Source: an uncultured Acidimicrobiia bacterium (GTDB lineage Bacteria > Actinomycetota > Acidimicrobiia > Spongiisociales > UBA5794). From it: 64,000 nucleotides of DNA. The stretch spans positions 1,410 through 65,409 of the forward strand of contig CAWGCJ010000014.1 in NCBI GenBank assembly GCA_963821095.1. Direction: 5' to 3'. The notes beneath the pieces are model-generated. The model was not told the DNA's origin, did not search any database, and worked only from the letters and a program-made list of their open reading frames with translations. Shown piece after piece: positions 36,813 through 46,023 of this stretch. The first letter of the stretch is position 1. Each line of letters begins with the position of its first letter. A program made the position numbers and the translations under genes.

Positions 36813-37115
36813 TTGCGTTCGTACGAGCTCATGATGATCCACCGGCCCGAGATGACCGAGCCGGATGTCCGGACCCAGATCAGCGAGGTTGAGAAGGCCA
36901 TTGCTGAAGAGGGTTCCGTTACCGACACCGATTTCTGGGGAAAGCGTCGCTTTGCTTATGAGATCGACAGAATGAACGAGGGGTACTACTCCGTTGTTGG
37001 TTTTGAAGGCACCACCGAGCTGATTGCTCGGCTCGACCGCGCCCTGGCGCTGGCCGACAACGTGGTGCGCCACAAGATCATGCGACGTGACGACCCCACG
37101 AAGCCGGCCACCTAG
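36813..37115 (+). CDS. rpsF: 30S ribosomal protein S6
   Basis: RSYELMMI...WGKRRFAYEI...GYY. The TTG start lies 7 nt after GGAGG. Confidence 0.9.
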   Translation: MRSYELMMIHRPEMTEPDVRTQISEVEKAIAEEGSVTDTDFWGKRRFAYEIDRMNEGYYSVVGFEGTTELIARLDRALALADNVVRHKIMRRDDPTKPAT

Positions 37116-37191
37116 GAGGCTGCCCGTTTGTGTCACACCGACCCGTCACAGTGGTCGGTGACACCTCGAGGACGAGAGAGCGAGAGAAGAG

Positions 37192-37671
37192 ATGCGAGAT
37201 AACTCCGTGACGCTGGTGGGCAACCTCGTCGACGACCCCGAACTGCGCTTCACCCCCAGTGGGGTGGCGATGGCCAAGGTCCGTTTTGCCGTGAACCGCC
37301 GCTACCAGACCAGCGGTGGCGAGTGGCAGGAAGAGACCAGCTTCTTCGGCGGTACCTGCTGGCGCGATGTGGCTGAGAACGTGGCCGAGTCGCTGCAAAA
37401 GGGCTCACGAGTGATCGTGACCGGCAGCCTCGAGCAGCGCACCTGGGAGACCCAGGAGGGCGACAAGCGATCCGTGGTCGAGATTCGGATCGACGACATC
37501 GGCCCCTCGTTGCGCTGGGCAACAGCAACAGTGACCCGCACCCCCCGTAGCGACAGTGGCTACAGCGGTGGTGGCGGTAGCGGTAGTGGTGGCGGTGGTG
37601 GCGGAGCCCCACGCACCCCGGCAGCTCCCGTGGCCAAGGACGACTGGGGCCCCGACGAGGCACCCTTCTAG
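37192..37671 (+). CDS. ssb: Single-stranded DNA-binding protein
   Basis: OB-fold N-terminus [19 protein letters not shown], a Gly-rich linker, and an acidic tip DEAPF. Confidence 0.95.
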   Translation: MRDNSVTLVGNLVDDPELRFTPSGVAMAKVRFAVNRRYQTSGGEWQEETSFFGGTCWRDVAENVAESLQKGSRVIVTGSLEQRTWETQEGDKRSVVEIRIDDIGPSLRWATATVTRTPRSDSGYSGGGGSGSGGGGGGAPRTPAAPVAKDDWGPDEAPF

Positions 37672-37691
37672 AGGACGAGAGGAACTACCCC

Positions 37692-37955
37692 ATGCCCCCG
37701 AAGAGACAGGACAGGCGGCGCCGCCGCCCGACGAACGACACCCGCAAGAAGAAGCGGATTGTCTATCGGTTCAAGGAAGAAGATGTTGTCGACTACAAGG
37801 ACGTTGCGCTGCTGCGCAAGTTCATGTCGGATCGCGGCAAGATCCGTTCGCGGCGAGTCACGGGGCTGAGCGCCAAGCGCCAGCGCGAAGTGGCTATGGC
37901 CATCAAGAACGCCCGTGAAATGGCCCTGTTGCCCTACACCCAGGCCCGGCAGTAG
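37692..37955 (+). CDS. rpsR: 30S ribosomal protein S18
   Basis: [50 protein letters not shown]. Confidence 0.95.
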   Translation: MPPKRQDRRRRRPTNDTRKKKRIVYRFKEEDVVDYKDVALLRKFMSDRGKIRSRRVTGLSAKRQREVAMAIKNAREMALLPYTQARQ

Positions 37956-37958
37956 CTC

Positions 37959-38405
37959 ATGAGGCTGATACTCACCAAAGATGTGCCCACCTTGGGTATG
38001 AAGGGCGACGTCGTTGAGGTCGCTGCGGGGTACGCCCGCAACTACCTCGTGCCACGATCGCTTGGCGTCAAAGCCACCGACGGTGCGCTCCGCCAGGCCA
38101 AGGCGATGAGCCAGGCTCGCGAGGAGAACGAGAAGCGTGTCCGCGCCGAGGCTGAGCAGTTGGCGCAGTCGCTCGTTGGAGCGCGAGTTGTCGTTGCGGC
38201 CCGTGCCGGCGACGAAGGCAAGCTGTTCGGGTCTATCGGCATTGCCGACGTGGCCGAAGCCATCCGCAAGTTCACCGGCTACGAAGTGGATCGGACCGCC
38301 ATCCGCATCCCAGGGCCGATCAAGGAGATCGGACTTCACGAGGTGACGGTGGTGCCGCACGAGGACGTGTCGTTCAACCTGAGCCTCGACGTCATCCCCG
38401 CCTGA
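37959..38405 (+). CDS. rplI: 50S ribosomal protein L9
   Basis: MRLILTKDVPTLGMKGDVVEVAAGYARNYLVPR. Confidence 0.95.
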   Translation: MRLILTKDVPTLGMKGDVVEVAAGYARNYLVPRSLGVKATDGALRQAKAMSQAREENEKRVRAEAEQLAQSLVGARVVVAARAGDEGKLFGSIGIADVAEAIRKFTGYEVDRTAIRIPGPIKEIGLHEVTVVPHEDVSFNLSLDVIPA

Positions 38406-38752
38406 GCCAACTGAGCACCCTGGAGACCGCGTTGTCTCCGGGGTGGCTACCACTGGGCGACGGTAGGAACAACGACAGCTTGGGCTTGCCGCGCAGTTCA
38501 AGACCGGGCGTTTGCTCGTCGGTGGAATCCCGCACGGCGTTTCTTCAACATCCCCCTAGGGTCGGGAAACAAAACCCTGATCCGCGAAAAGTAGACACGC
38601 AGAGGCAGCTTTGGCTGCTGCGGCGCGTCGTACACTCGCCACCTTCCCCTGAAACCGGCTCGGATTGCCGCGTTCGGGGCAAACGTGTCACAGGCGACAC
38701 GCATGATGGAAAGCAACACTATCCCCCCAATGGTTTTGGGTCAGGAGGACAC

Positions 38753-40114
38753 GTGACATCGGTGGTCGAGCGCGAAGCCAGGGCACGGGGCCTGTCCGTG
38801 CCCCCCAACAGCGTCGAAGCCGAAGAATCGGTGCTCGGCTCGATCCTCATGTCGGCCGACGCCGCCAATCTTGCATTGGAGAAGCTGCACGCCGAGGACT
38901 TCTACCGGCCGGCGCATCAATCCATCTTCCAGTCGATCTCGGAACTCTTCGACGCTAACCAACCCATCGATGCCGTCACCGTCTCCGAGGCACTGCGCCG
39001 CAGCGGTGCGCTCGATCGAATCGGCGGAGTTGGCTACCTGACCCAACTGATCGACTCGGTGCCGACTGCATCCAACATCGAGTACTACGCCGACATTGTC
39101 GAAGAACACGCATTGCGGCGTCGCCTGCTGCGTACCGGAGGTGACATCGGCGCCTTGGCGACCACGATGGATGACCCCATCGGCCAGGTGCTCGACCGGG
39201 CCGAGCAGGCCGTGTTTGCCGTCTCCGAGCGGCGCATCGGTGAGGGTCTCGCTCCCATCGATCCTCTGCTGGGACCCGCCATCGAGCGGGCGGAAGAGCT
39301 CAATCGTTTGGGGAGCGAAGTCACCGGAATCTCGACCGGGTTCCGCGACCTCGATCGCAAGCTCGCCGGGCTCCACCCGGCCAACCTGGTCGTGATTGCA
39401 GGTCGACCAGGTATGGGGAAGAGCACGCTTGCGCTCAACATCGCCCAGAACGTCGCAGTCCACGATAAGCCGGTTGCCATCTTCTCGTTGGAGATGAGTC
39501 GTGAGGAGATCGTGAGCCGCATGCTGTGCTCCACCGGTCGCATCGACTCACAGCGACTTCGCACTGGGCGACTAAACGACACCGACTTCACCAAGCTGCA
39601 GACGGCGGCCAACGTGCTCTACAAGAAGCCGGTCTTTGTTGACGACTCTCCCGGCCTCACCGTCACTGAGATCAGGGCGAAGGCCCGCCGGATGCGGCGC
39701 CGACCCGGGCTCAGCCTCATCGTTGTCGATTACCTGCAATTGATGCAGGGTTCGGGCGGAGAGAACCGCCAACAGGAGATCGCCGAGATCAGTCGGAGCC
39801 TGAAGAGCCTCGCCCGCGAGCTGGAAGTCCCGGTGATCGCCTGTTCCCAGCTCAACCGTTCATTGGAGGCCCGCGAGGACAAGCGGCCCCGCCTCGGCGA
39901 CCTGCGTGAGTCTGGTGCGATCGAACAGGACGCCGACGTCGTGGTGTTCATCTACCGCCACGAGTACTACCACCCGGAAGCGCAGGAAACGAGGGGTACC
40001 GCCGAGGTCGCGATCGCAAAGCACCGCCAGGGTGCCACCGGGAGGATCGACATGACGTTCCTGCCCGAGTTCACACTCTTTGCCGACATGGGCCACGACA
40101 CCCCGGTGGTCTGA
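38753..40114 (+). CDS. dnaB: Replicative DNA helicase DnaB (no intein)
   Basis: PPNSVEAEESVLGSILM, Walker A GRPGMGKST, Walker B LIVVDYLQL and SQLNRSLE. The GTG at 38753 lies 5 nt after AGGAGG. The in-frame upstream extension to 38432 looks non-coding. Confidence 0.9.
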   Translation: MTSVVEREARARGLSVPPNSVEAEESVLGSILMSADAANLALEKLHAEDFYRPAHQSIFQSISELFDANQPIDAVTVSEALRRSGALDRIGGVGYLTQLIDSVPTASNIEYYADIVEEHALRRRLLRTGGDIGALATTMDDPIGQVLDRAEQAVFAVSERRIGEGLAPIDPLLGPAIERAEELNRLGSEVTGISTGFRDLDRKLAGLHPANLVVIAGRPGMGKSTLALNIAQNVAVHDKPVAIFSLEMSREEIVSRMLCSTGRIDSQRLRTGRLNDTDFTKLQTAANVLYKKPVFVDDSPGLTVTEIRAKARRMRRRPGLSLIVVDYLQLMQGSGGENRQQEIAEISRSLKSLARELEVPVIACSQLNRSLEAREDKRPRLGDLRESGAIEQDADVVVFIYRHEYYHPEAQETRGTAEVAIAKHRQGATGRIDMTFLPEFTLFADMGHDTPVV

Positions 40115-40163
40115 GCCCATCGGTGGCGGTGTGCGGCCGGGTCCGCCGTTGTTCCAGACAAAG

Positions 40164-40190
40164 AAACAGCCCCCCGTTGGGGGGCTGTTT
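40164..40190 (+). terminator. Intrinsic terminator-like hairpin AAACAGCCCCCC-GTT-GGGGGGCTGTTT
   Basis: 12-bp perfect stem 50 nt after the dnaB stop. A T-run forms the end of the stem. Confidence 0.7.
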
Positions 40191-40402
40191 GCTCTGATCC
40201 CCGGACGGCCGCTCTGAGGAGGAGTCGGAGGGAAGGGGACCTCCGTGTGTGTTCCGGTGGAGACTGGAACACCGTCCAGGTTGTTTGTTGTGACAGGTAT
40301 CGGCCGTTCCTTGAGCTTTCCCGAGCGTCATCGCGACGTCGCGCGAGGTAACTAGTCACCTGCTGGAGACGTCGGGTCCTGCCGGCGGCGTAGGCTGCGG
40401 CG

Positions 40403-41272
40403 ATGGAACGCAAGCGACTCGTCGCCACGATCCTCCTCGCGTTGCTCGCCATCGCCTGGGGCGCAATTCCGCTGATCGTGCGTGAGGACATCCCGGTCGG
40501 TCAGCTGGTCGCGATGCGAGTGTGGCTGGGCGCCCTGGCGGTGCTGATCGCCCTCGCCGTACTCCGCCGGCTGCGGTGGCCGGCGATGCATCGCGGCCGT
40601 CTGATTGCCACCGGTCTGATCCTCGCGTTGCATTGGGGCGCATTCTTCGCTGCGCTCAAGACCACCACCGTTGGGGTGACGCTGGCCGTCCTCTACCTCG
40701 GACCGATCGCCGCCGCCGTGCTGGCCCCCAGGATCCTGGGGGAGAAGGTCGGAACCCGGGTGAAGATCGGCATGGCCTTTGCCTTCGTCGGGGTGCTGAT
40801 CGTGGTTCGTCCCGAGGCGGGAGCAACCCTCGAAGGTGTGCTGTGGGCGCTGCTGGCCGGGGCGACGATGGCGGCACTCATGCTCGTGGCCAAGCCGGCC
40901 GCCGAGGACCTCGGCGGTCTGATGGTCGCCGCCGGAGAACTGGTGATCGCGGCGATCGTGCTCACCCCCTGGATGGGCGCCGCAGTGGCCAACTCGATGG
41001 AGTACTGGGCCGAGTTCCTCGTCCTTGGGGTATTGCTCACCGGACTGGCCTGGGTCATCTACTGGCACGGCATGAAGTACCTGCCGGTCGCCGCGGTCGG
41101 GGTGATGATGTATCTCGAGCCCGCTTCGGCAATGGTGTGGGCGGCGATGTTCCTCGACGAGAGTCCCGGCGCCGTAGGGTGGATCGGTGTCGCACTCGTC
41201 ATCACCGGCGGCGTCTTGGCGGCCAGCGAAACGGTTGCAGAGGAGGAGATCGGTGTCCCCGCCGCTTTTTGA
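40403..41272 (+). CDS. EamA/DMT family transporter
   Basis: About ten hydrophobic helices with two-fold internal repeat character. 289 aa. Confidence 0.8.
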   Translation: MERKRLVATILLALLAIAWGAIPLIVREDIPVGQLVAMRVWLGALAVLIALAVLRRLRWPAMHRGRLIATGLILALHWGAFFAALKTTTVGVTLAVLYLGPIAAAVLAPRILGEKVGTRVKIGMAFAFVGVLIVVRPEAGATLEGVLWALLAGATMAALMLVAKPAAEDLGGLMVAAGELVIAAIVLTPWMGAAVANSMEYWAEFLVLGVLLTGLAWVIYWHGMKYLPVAAVGVMMYLEPASAMVWAAMFLDESPGAVGWIGVALVITGGVLAASETVAEEEIGVPAAF

Positions 41273-42362
41273 AGTGCGCAACCTCGCGGTCGCCGTCTAC
41301 GACGAGGAACTCGCCGCCAGGTTGGCGGGCAAAGGCTCGGGCCTTTGGGTCGAGTCGGAGGAGCGGGAGCTGCCCTCTGGTTGGTGGCGGGTCATCAGCG
41401 ACCTCAGCTTCACCGTGCAACCCGGAGAGGTGCTCGCCATCGTCGGCGAGTCCGGTGGTGGCAAGACACTGTCGCTGCTCGGGTCATTTGATCTGCTCGG
41501 CGGTGGCGCCCGGGTCATCTCCGGCGAGGTGTTTCTCGATGGTGACCGCATCTACCCGCTTCCGGGAACCCGGAAGCGAATGTGGCGGCTGCGGAAGCGA
41601 TCGAACCGCTACGACTTCGACGACAGCGATTGGCGCGAGGCCATCGGAATGGATGTCGGTTTCCTCTTCCAGAACGCCATCACCGCTTGGGAGCCGACGA
41701 GCTACATCGGCGACCAGGCCGGCGAGGCGCTCGGTGAGCACACCGAACTGACCCAGGAGGAGATCGAGGAGCGGGTCTTTGACGCCCTCGGCGACGTGAA
41801 GCTCCCCAAGGCGCACAAGTTCTTCTCCTTCGCCCACCAGATGAGCCGGGGCGAAGCCCAGCGCGCCATGCTTGCGGCCGCGTTGATCAAGTCGCCGCGT
41901 TTGCTGGTCGCCGACGAACCCCTGTCGGGTCTCGATGTCTCGGTCGCCGCGGCGATTCTCGACCTGATCAGGGACCTCCAACGCAAACGGAACATGGCGA
42001 TGATCCTCGTCACCCACGACCTTGCCACGGTGGCGTCCATCGCCGACCGTGTGGCGATCATGTACGCCGGGCGCATCGTCGAAACCGGACCGAGTCACGA
42101 CGTGTTCCACAATCCCCGGCACCCGTACACCGATGGTCTGCTCAGCTCGATCCCGATGCCGGGTGTGGATCGGTTGCGTCCCATCGAGGGTGACGCCCCT
42201 CGCCTCATCGACGTCCCCCCAGACACGTGCGCCTTCGCTCCGCGATGCCCCTACGCGGTGGACGCCTGTCGAGCGAGCCTTCCCGAACTCGAACCCGCCG
42301 GCTCCGGCGCCGTCGCCTGCTTCCGTCACGACGAACTCACCCTGCGCGGCCTCCCCAGCTGA
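41253..42362 (+). CDS. OppD/DppD-type ABC ATP-binding protein with degenerate signature motif
   Basis: Walker A GESGGGKT, Q-loop region FLFQNA, Walker B LLVADEP, H-loop THD, and the C-terminal oligopeptide-type extension (HPYTDGLLSSIP...C-x-F-x-x-RCP). The signature is MSRGE instead of LSGGQ. The GTG at 41253 follows AGGAGG and lies inside the end of the EamA gene. Confidence 0.8.
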   Translation: MSPPLFEVRNLAVAVYDEELAARLAGKGSGLWVESEERELPSGWWRVISDLSFTVQPGEVLAIVGESGGGKTLSLLGSFDLLGGGARVISGEVFLDGDRIYPLPGTRKRMWRLRKRSNRYDFDDSDWREAIGMDVGFLFQNAITAWEPTSYIGDQAGEALGEHTELTQEEIEERVFDALGDVKLPKAHKFFSFAHQMSRGEAQRAMLAAALIKSPRLLVADEPLSGLDVSVAAAILDLIRDLQRKRNMAMILVTHDLATVASIADRVAIMYAGRIVETGPSHDVFHNPRHPYTDGLLSSIPMPGVDRLRPIEGDAPRLIDVPPDTCAFAPRCPYAVDACRASLPELEPAGSGAVACFRHDELTLRGLPS

Positions 42363-42489
42363 AGAGAGGGTTCTGGCAGACATTTCTGCATCATGCTGCG
42401 CTCACGTCCGCCAAACCCCGAGCTGAGGGGACGCGAGATCCGGGACGGGGCTACCCTGCGTGGTTGTCCGGAGGCAAGGACGTAGAAGA

Positions 42490-45400
42490 GTGCGGCTCGT
42501 CACCTACATCGGCCTGGTGGCACGACGAGTATGGTCCAAGAAGGGCGTTCTGATTGGGTCGCTTCTCGGAGCGACCCTCGTCATCGCCCTCCTCGTGGTG
42601 CTGCCGCTATACGAAGCATCGGTTCAGGCCGTCGACCTCAAATTCACGCTGGCAAACGCGCCCGCCGACGACGTCGACGTCACCGCATTCACTCAGACGA
42701 TCAGCTACGACGATGTCGTCGCTACCGACAACAGTGAGCTGGTGGTGACCACGTGGCAGCAGCAGATCGAGCCCTGGTACCCATCGATCGTCGAACGCAC
42801 CCAGTCCCGCGAGTTTGTGGTGATCCCCATCGACGGGTCGGTCGACTGGATGGGCCAGGCCGCCACCTGGCGGGAGGAAATCGAGGCGCTGCGCCAAGCC
42901 GAGGTTGACCCCGAGGAGTTTCCGCCGGCGCCCTACCCGACCCCTCCGCCCGAGGCCACTCAAGCGAGGATGATGACGGCGCCCGACATTGCCGACCGGG
43001 TTGTGGTCGTCGCCGGTGAGTGGCCGGGCGACACCGAAGGTCTCCCCGCCGGAGGGCCGGCCGCCCCCGTACCCATCGTCCTCGGTGCCGACCTTGCCGA
43101 GCGAACCGGGCGGGGACCGGGTGATCGATTCATCCTGAAGCCGTTCGCCGGGATGCCTTCCACCTTCGAACTGGTGGAGGTCGTTGGAGTCGTCGAACCC
43201 GTCGAAGCCTCTGATCGCTTCTGGGGCCTCGACGACCCGGACTCGATGATCTACCTGCCGCAGGCAACATTCGACGCCTGGACCGGCTTCATCACCGTCG
43301 ACCCGAGTGATGATCCGTGGGCCCGCCCGCAGCGCGGCTGGATCGACACCACCGCCACACAGCGCTGGTACATCATCTTCGATCCCGACACGCTCGACCT
43401 CGCCGAACTGGATCAAGTTCGCGGCGGCATCGCCAACTTCCGGGCCAAGCTCGCCCAGGATGCCGGGGCCGACGCCATTGCGAGTTCGACCTTCCTGCCT
43501 GCGTTGCTCGACCGTTTCGCCACTCGTTCGGTCGTCATCGGGGGTCCGATCCTGGCGATCCTGGCCCTGGTCGTCGGTGGGGCGCTCTACTTCCTCATCT
43601 ACACCGCGTCCCTCAGCCTGGAGCGGGAGGGTCCCGAGATCGCCCTGCTGCGAACCCGGGGCGCCAGCACCTGGCAAACCGTCGGAATCCATCTCGCCCA
43701 GTCGGGAGTCATCGCCGTCGTCGCGGCGTTGTTGGCGCCCTTTGTGGCGAGATTGCTCGTCGGTATCACGGGGAGAATCCCGCCGCTGAGCGACCTCACC
43801 GGGGGCAGTCCACTCGAGGTCGCCCAGATCAGGCCGATCGAGCCGTTCCTTATCGCCGGTGGGATCATCACGTTCCTGGCGATGGGCCTGGCGATTCTCC
43901 CCATTGCCCGGCGCTCCGTACTCGACCTGCGTTCGATGGCGGCCCGGCCGATGCGCAGTTCCGTATGGCAGCGCTACAACCTCGACCTGTTCGCCATCGC
44001 CTTGTCGCTTGTGGTGCTGTTCCAACTGGCGCAGCGGGGCTTTGTGAACCTGACCGGTGGGGAGGCCACCCTCGACCCGCTGGCGATCATCTTTCCCGTC
44101 CTGCTGCTGTTCACCGGCGCCCTGATCCTGCTGCGCCTGCTGCCGTGGCTGCTGCGTGGCATCGGATGGGCGATGATCCGGGCCCGTTCGATGTCGTTTG
44201 CCCTCCCGGGGTGGCATCTCGGTCGCAACCCGATTCCCTACGGCCGCCTGGCGTTGCTGGTCTGGCTGACCACCGGCCTCGGTGCGTTTGCGCTGACCTA
44301 CGCCAATACGCTCGATCAGTCGTTCCGCGATCGGGCCGCGTTCACCGCCGGCAGCGACGTGCGGATCGTCGCGGAGAAGGCCGGATTTCTCGACGCCCCC
44401 GACGACGACATCTCGACGGCGGTGCTGCGGACCGAAGGTGCCCCTCGCCAGAGCGGGAGCAGACTTGCCGAAGTGCTGGCGATCCGTCCCGAAGAGTTCT
44501 CCTCGGTCGTCGCCTGGCGGAGCGACTTCGGCGCCGATACCCCCCAGGAGGTCTTCAACCCGCTGCGACCAGACGGTGTCGTCCCCGATATCGGAATCGA
44601 ACTGCCGGCCGATGCTACCGCTCTGCGGATGGATGGGATCGTGGTGCCGCGTACCTGGCTGCAGAAGGAAACGCTTGCTTCCGGCGGCGGCGAACCGGAC
44701 CCGAGTCTGCGCCTGATGGTGAAGGCCTTTGACGCCAAGGGCCAGGTGTGGACGATGGAAGCCGATGGCGACTTCGTCGACTCGGGCTGGACCGTGGTCG
44801 AGGTCGATCTGACCAGCGGGCTCAACACCGAGTACCTCACCCCGCCGGTGCCGCCGCTGAGCATTCACACGATGTGGCTGGAACGAAGTGATCCTTCCGG
44901 CGGCAACGTGGTGAACGGTGAGGAGTTGTTGTTCGTCGACTTCGGGGTCGTCACGTCGGCTGGGGAATCATCGCTCGAGGAGGCGCTGAGGGAGCTCACT
45001 CCGGTCAACGGCCTCGTCCTACGCAGCGGCGTGTCCGGCGATGTGGCCGCCCTGTCGTACTACTCCGAGGCCCCGCCGGAGGTTGTCGAGCCGACCCCGG
45101 CCGAGATCGCGGCCTCGCCACTCAACCGGCCGGGACTGGTCTCGCAAATCTCGTTGCCGACCGCCCGGACCCGGGTCAATCCGGCGGTGCCTTCGCTTCG
45201 GCGGATCCCCGACGGCCTGTATGTGCTGCTCGACGATGAGGTGGCGGCCAACTCGGGGATGGATGTTGGGGAGAGCTCCAGCTATTCGGTGGCCGGGCAG
45301 ATCTTCAACGGCACCATGGTCGGATTCATCGGTGAGGTGCCGACCATGAGCGATCGGACCAAGCAGGGGTCGATGATGGTCGACTTCGATGCCATCAACG

Positions 45401-46023
45401 CCTGGGTCAATGGCCCGGCTACGTGGAGCTATCGCACCAACCTCGCCAGGGTGGACGGTCCGGACGAAATCTGGATCGCCACCGACAACCCGGACGCTGC
45501 GGTACGGCGGGTCACCGGCCAGCTCCCGACCGAACCAGATGCGGTCTACACCATCATCGCCAGCGAGAGTGACTTCTCCAGCCGTCCTGTCCAGGTTGGC
45601 CTGGTCGCCATTCTGTTCGTCGGTGCCATCGTGAGCGTGGTGCTCGCCCTCGCCGGCGTCACCGGGTACGTGCTATTGGCCGTGTCGCGCCGCGCCCGTG
45701 AGATGGGTGTATTGCGTGCCCTCGGGTTCCCGCGCAGCGGCGTTGCGGCCACGTTCGCCATCGAACAGGTCGTTGTGGTCGGCCTTGGAGCCGTGGTCGG
45801 CACGTTGGGCGGCATCGCCCTGATGTGGACGATGATTGGTTTCCTCCAACTCGGTGAGACCGCGCAACTCATCGAACCCGAGATTGTGCTTGCTGTGCCG
45901 TGGAACGTCCTGCTGGTGTACATCGGGGTCGTCGGGCTGCTGCTGATCCTGTCGGTTATTTGGGCAACCCGCCGGGTGTCGGCGCGGCGGATGAGCGAAG
46001 TGCTGAGGGAGGTGGAGCGCTGA
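42490..46023 (+). CDS. Fused double-FtsX-domain ABC permease (MacB/type VII-like) with two large extracytoplasmic domains
   Basis: About 10 hydrophobic helices by eye, arranged 1+3 and 3+3. A MacB-periplasmic-core-like segment (IVLGADLAERTGRGPGDRFILKPF...FELVEVVGVV) follows TM1. A second ~410-aa extracytoplasmic domain precedes the last three TMs. The start is GTG 42490 or 42460. Confidence 0.8.
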   Translation: MRLVTYIGLVARRVWSKKGVLIGSLLGATLVIALLVVLPLYEASVQAVDLKFTLANAPADDVDVTAFTQTISYDDVVATDNSELVVTTWQQQIEPWYPSIVERTQSREFVVIPIDGSVDWMGQAATWREEIEALRQAEVDPEEFPPAPYPTPPPEATQARMMTAPDIADRVVVVAGEWPGDTEGLPAGGPAAPVPIVLGADLAERTGRGPGDRFILKPFAGMPSTFELVEVVGVVEPVEASDRFWGLDDPDSMIYLPQATFDAWTGFITVDPSDDPWARPQRGWIDTTATQRWYIIFDPDTLDLAELDQVRGGIANFRAKLAQDAGADAIASSTFLPALLDRFATRSVVIGGPILAILALVVGGALYFLIYTASLSLEREGPEIALLRTRGASTWQTVGIHLAQSGVIAVVAALLAPFVARLLVGITGRIPPLSDLTGGSPLEVAQIRPIEPFLIAGGIITFLAMGLAILPIARRSVLDLRSMAARPMRSSVWQRYNLDLFAIALSLVVLFQLAQRGFVNLTGGEATLDPLAIIFPVLLLFTGALILLRLLPWLLRGIGWAMIRARSMSFALPGWHLGRNPIPYGRLALLVWLTTGLGAFALTYANTLDQSFRDRAAFTAGSDVRIVAEKAGFLDAPDDDISTAVLRTEGAPRQSGSRLAEVLAIRPEEFSSVVAWRSDFGADTPQEVFNPLRPDGVVPDIGIELPADATALRMDGIVVPRTWLQKETLASGGGEPDPSLRLMVKAFDAKGQVWTMEADGDFVDSGWTVVEVDLTSGLNTEYLTPPVPPLSIHTMWLERSDPSGGNVVNGEELLFVDFGVVTSAGESSLEEALRELTPVNGLVLRSGVSGDVAALSYYSEAPPEVVEPTPAEIAASPLNRPGLVSQISLPTARTRVNPAVPSLRRIPDGLYVLLDDEVAANSGMDVGESSSYSVAGQIFNGTMVGFIGEVPTMSDRTKQGSMMVDFDAINAWVNGPATWSYRTNLARVDGPDEIWIATDNPDAAVRRVTGQLPTEPDAVYTIIASESDFSSRPVQVGLVAILFVGAIVSVVLALAGVTGYVLLAVSRRAREMGVLRALGFPRSGVAATFAIEQVVVVGLGAVVGTLGGIALMWTMIGFLQLGETAQLIEPEIVLAVPWNVLLVYIGVVGLLLILSVIWATRRVSARRMSEVLREVER

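Noticed and set aside
38432-38752. N-terminal extension of DnaB (track ORF starts at 38432), or an intein in dnaB
   Set aside because: The upstream 107 codons are Arg/Pro/Ser-rich with no SD, whereas the GTG at 38753 has a perfect AGGAGG and starts the conserved DnaB N-terminus. At 453 aa the protein has no room for an intein.
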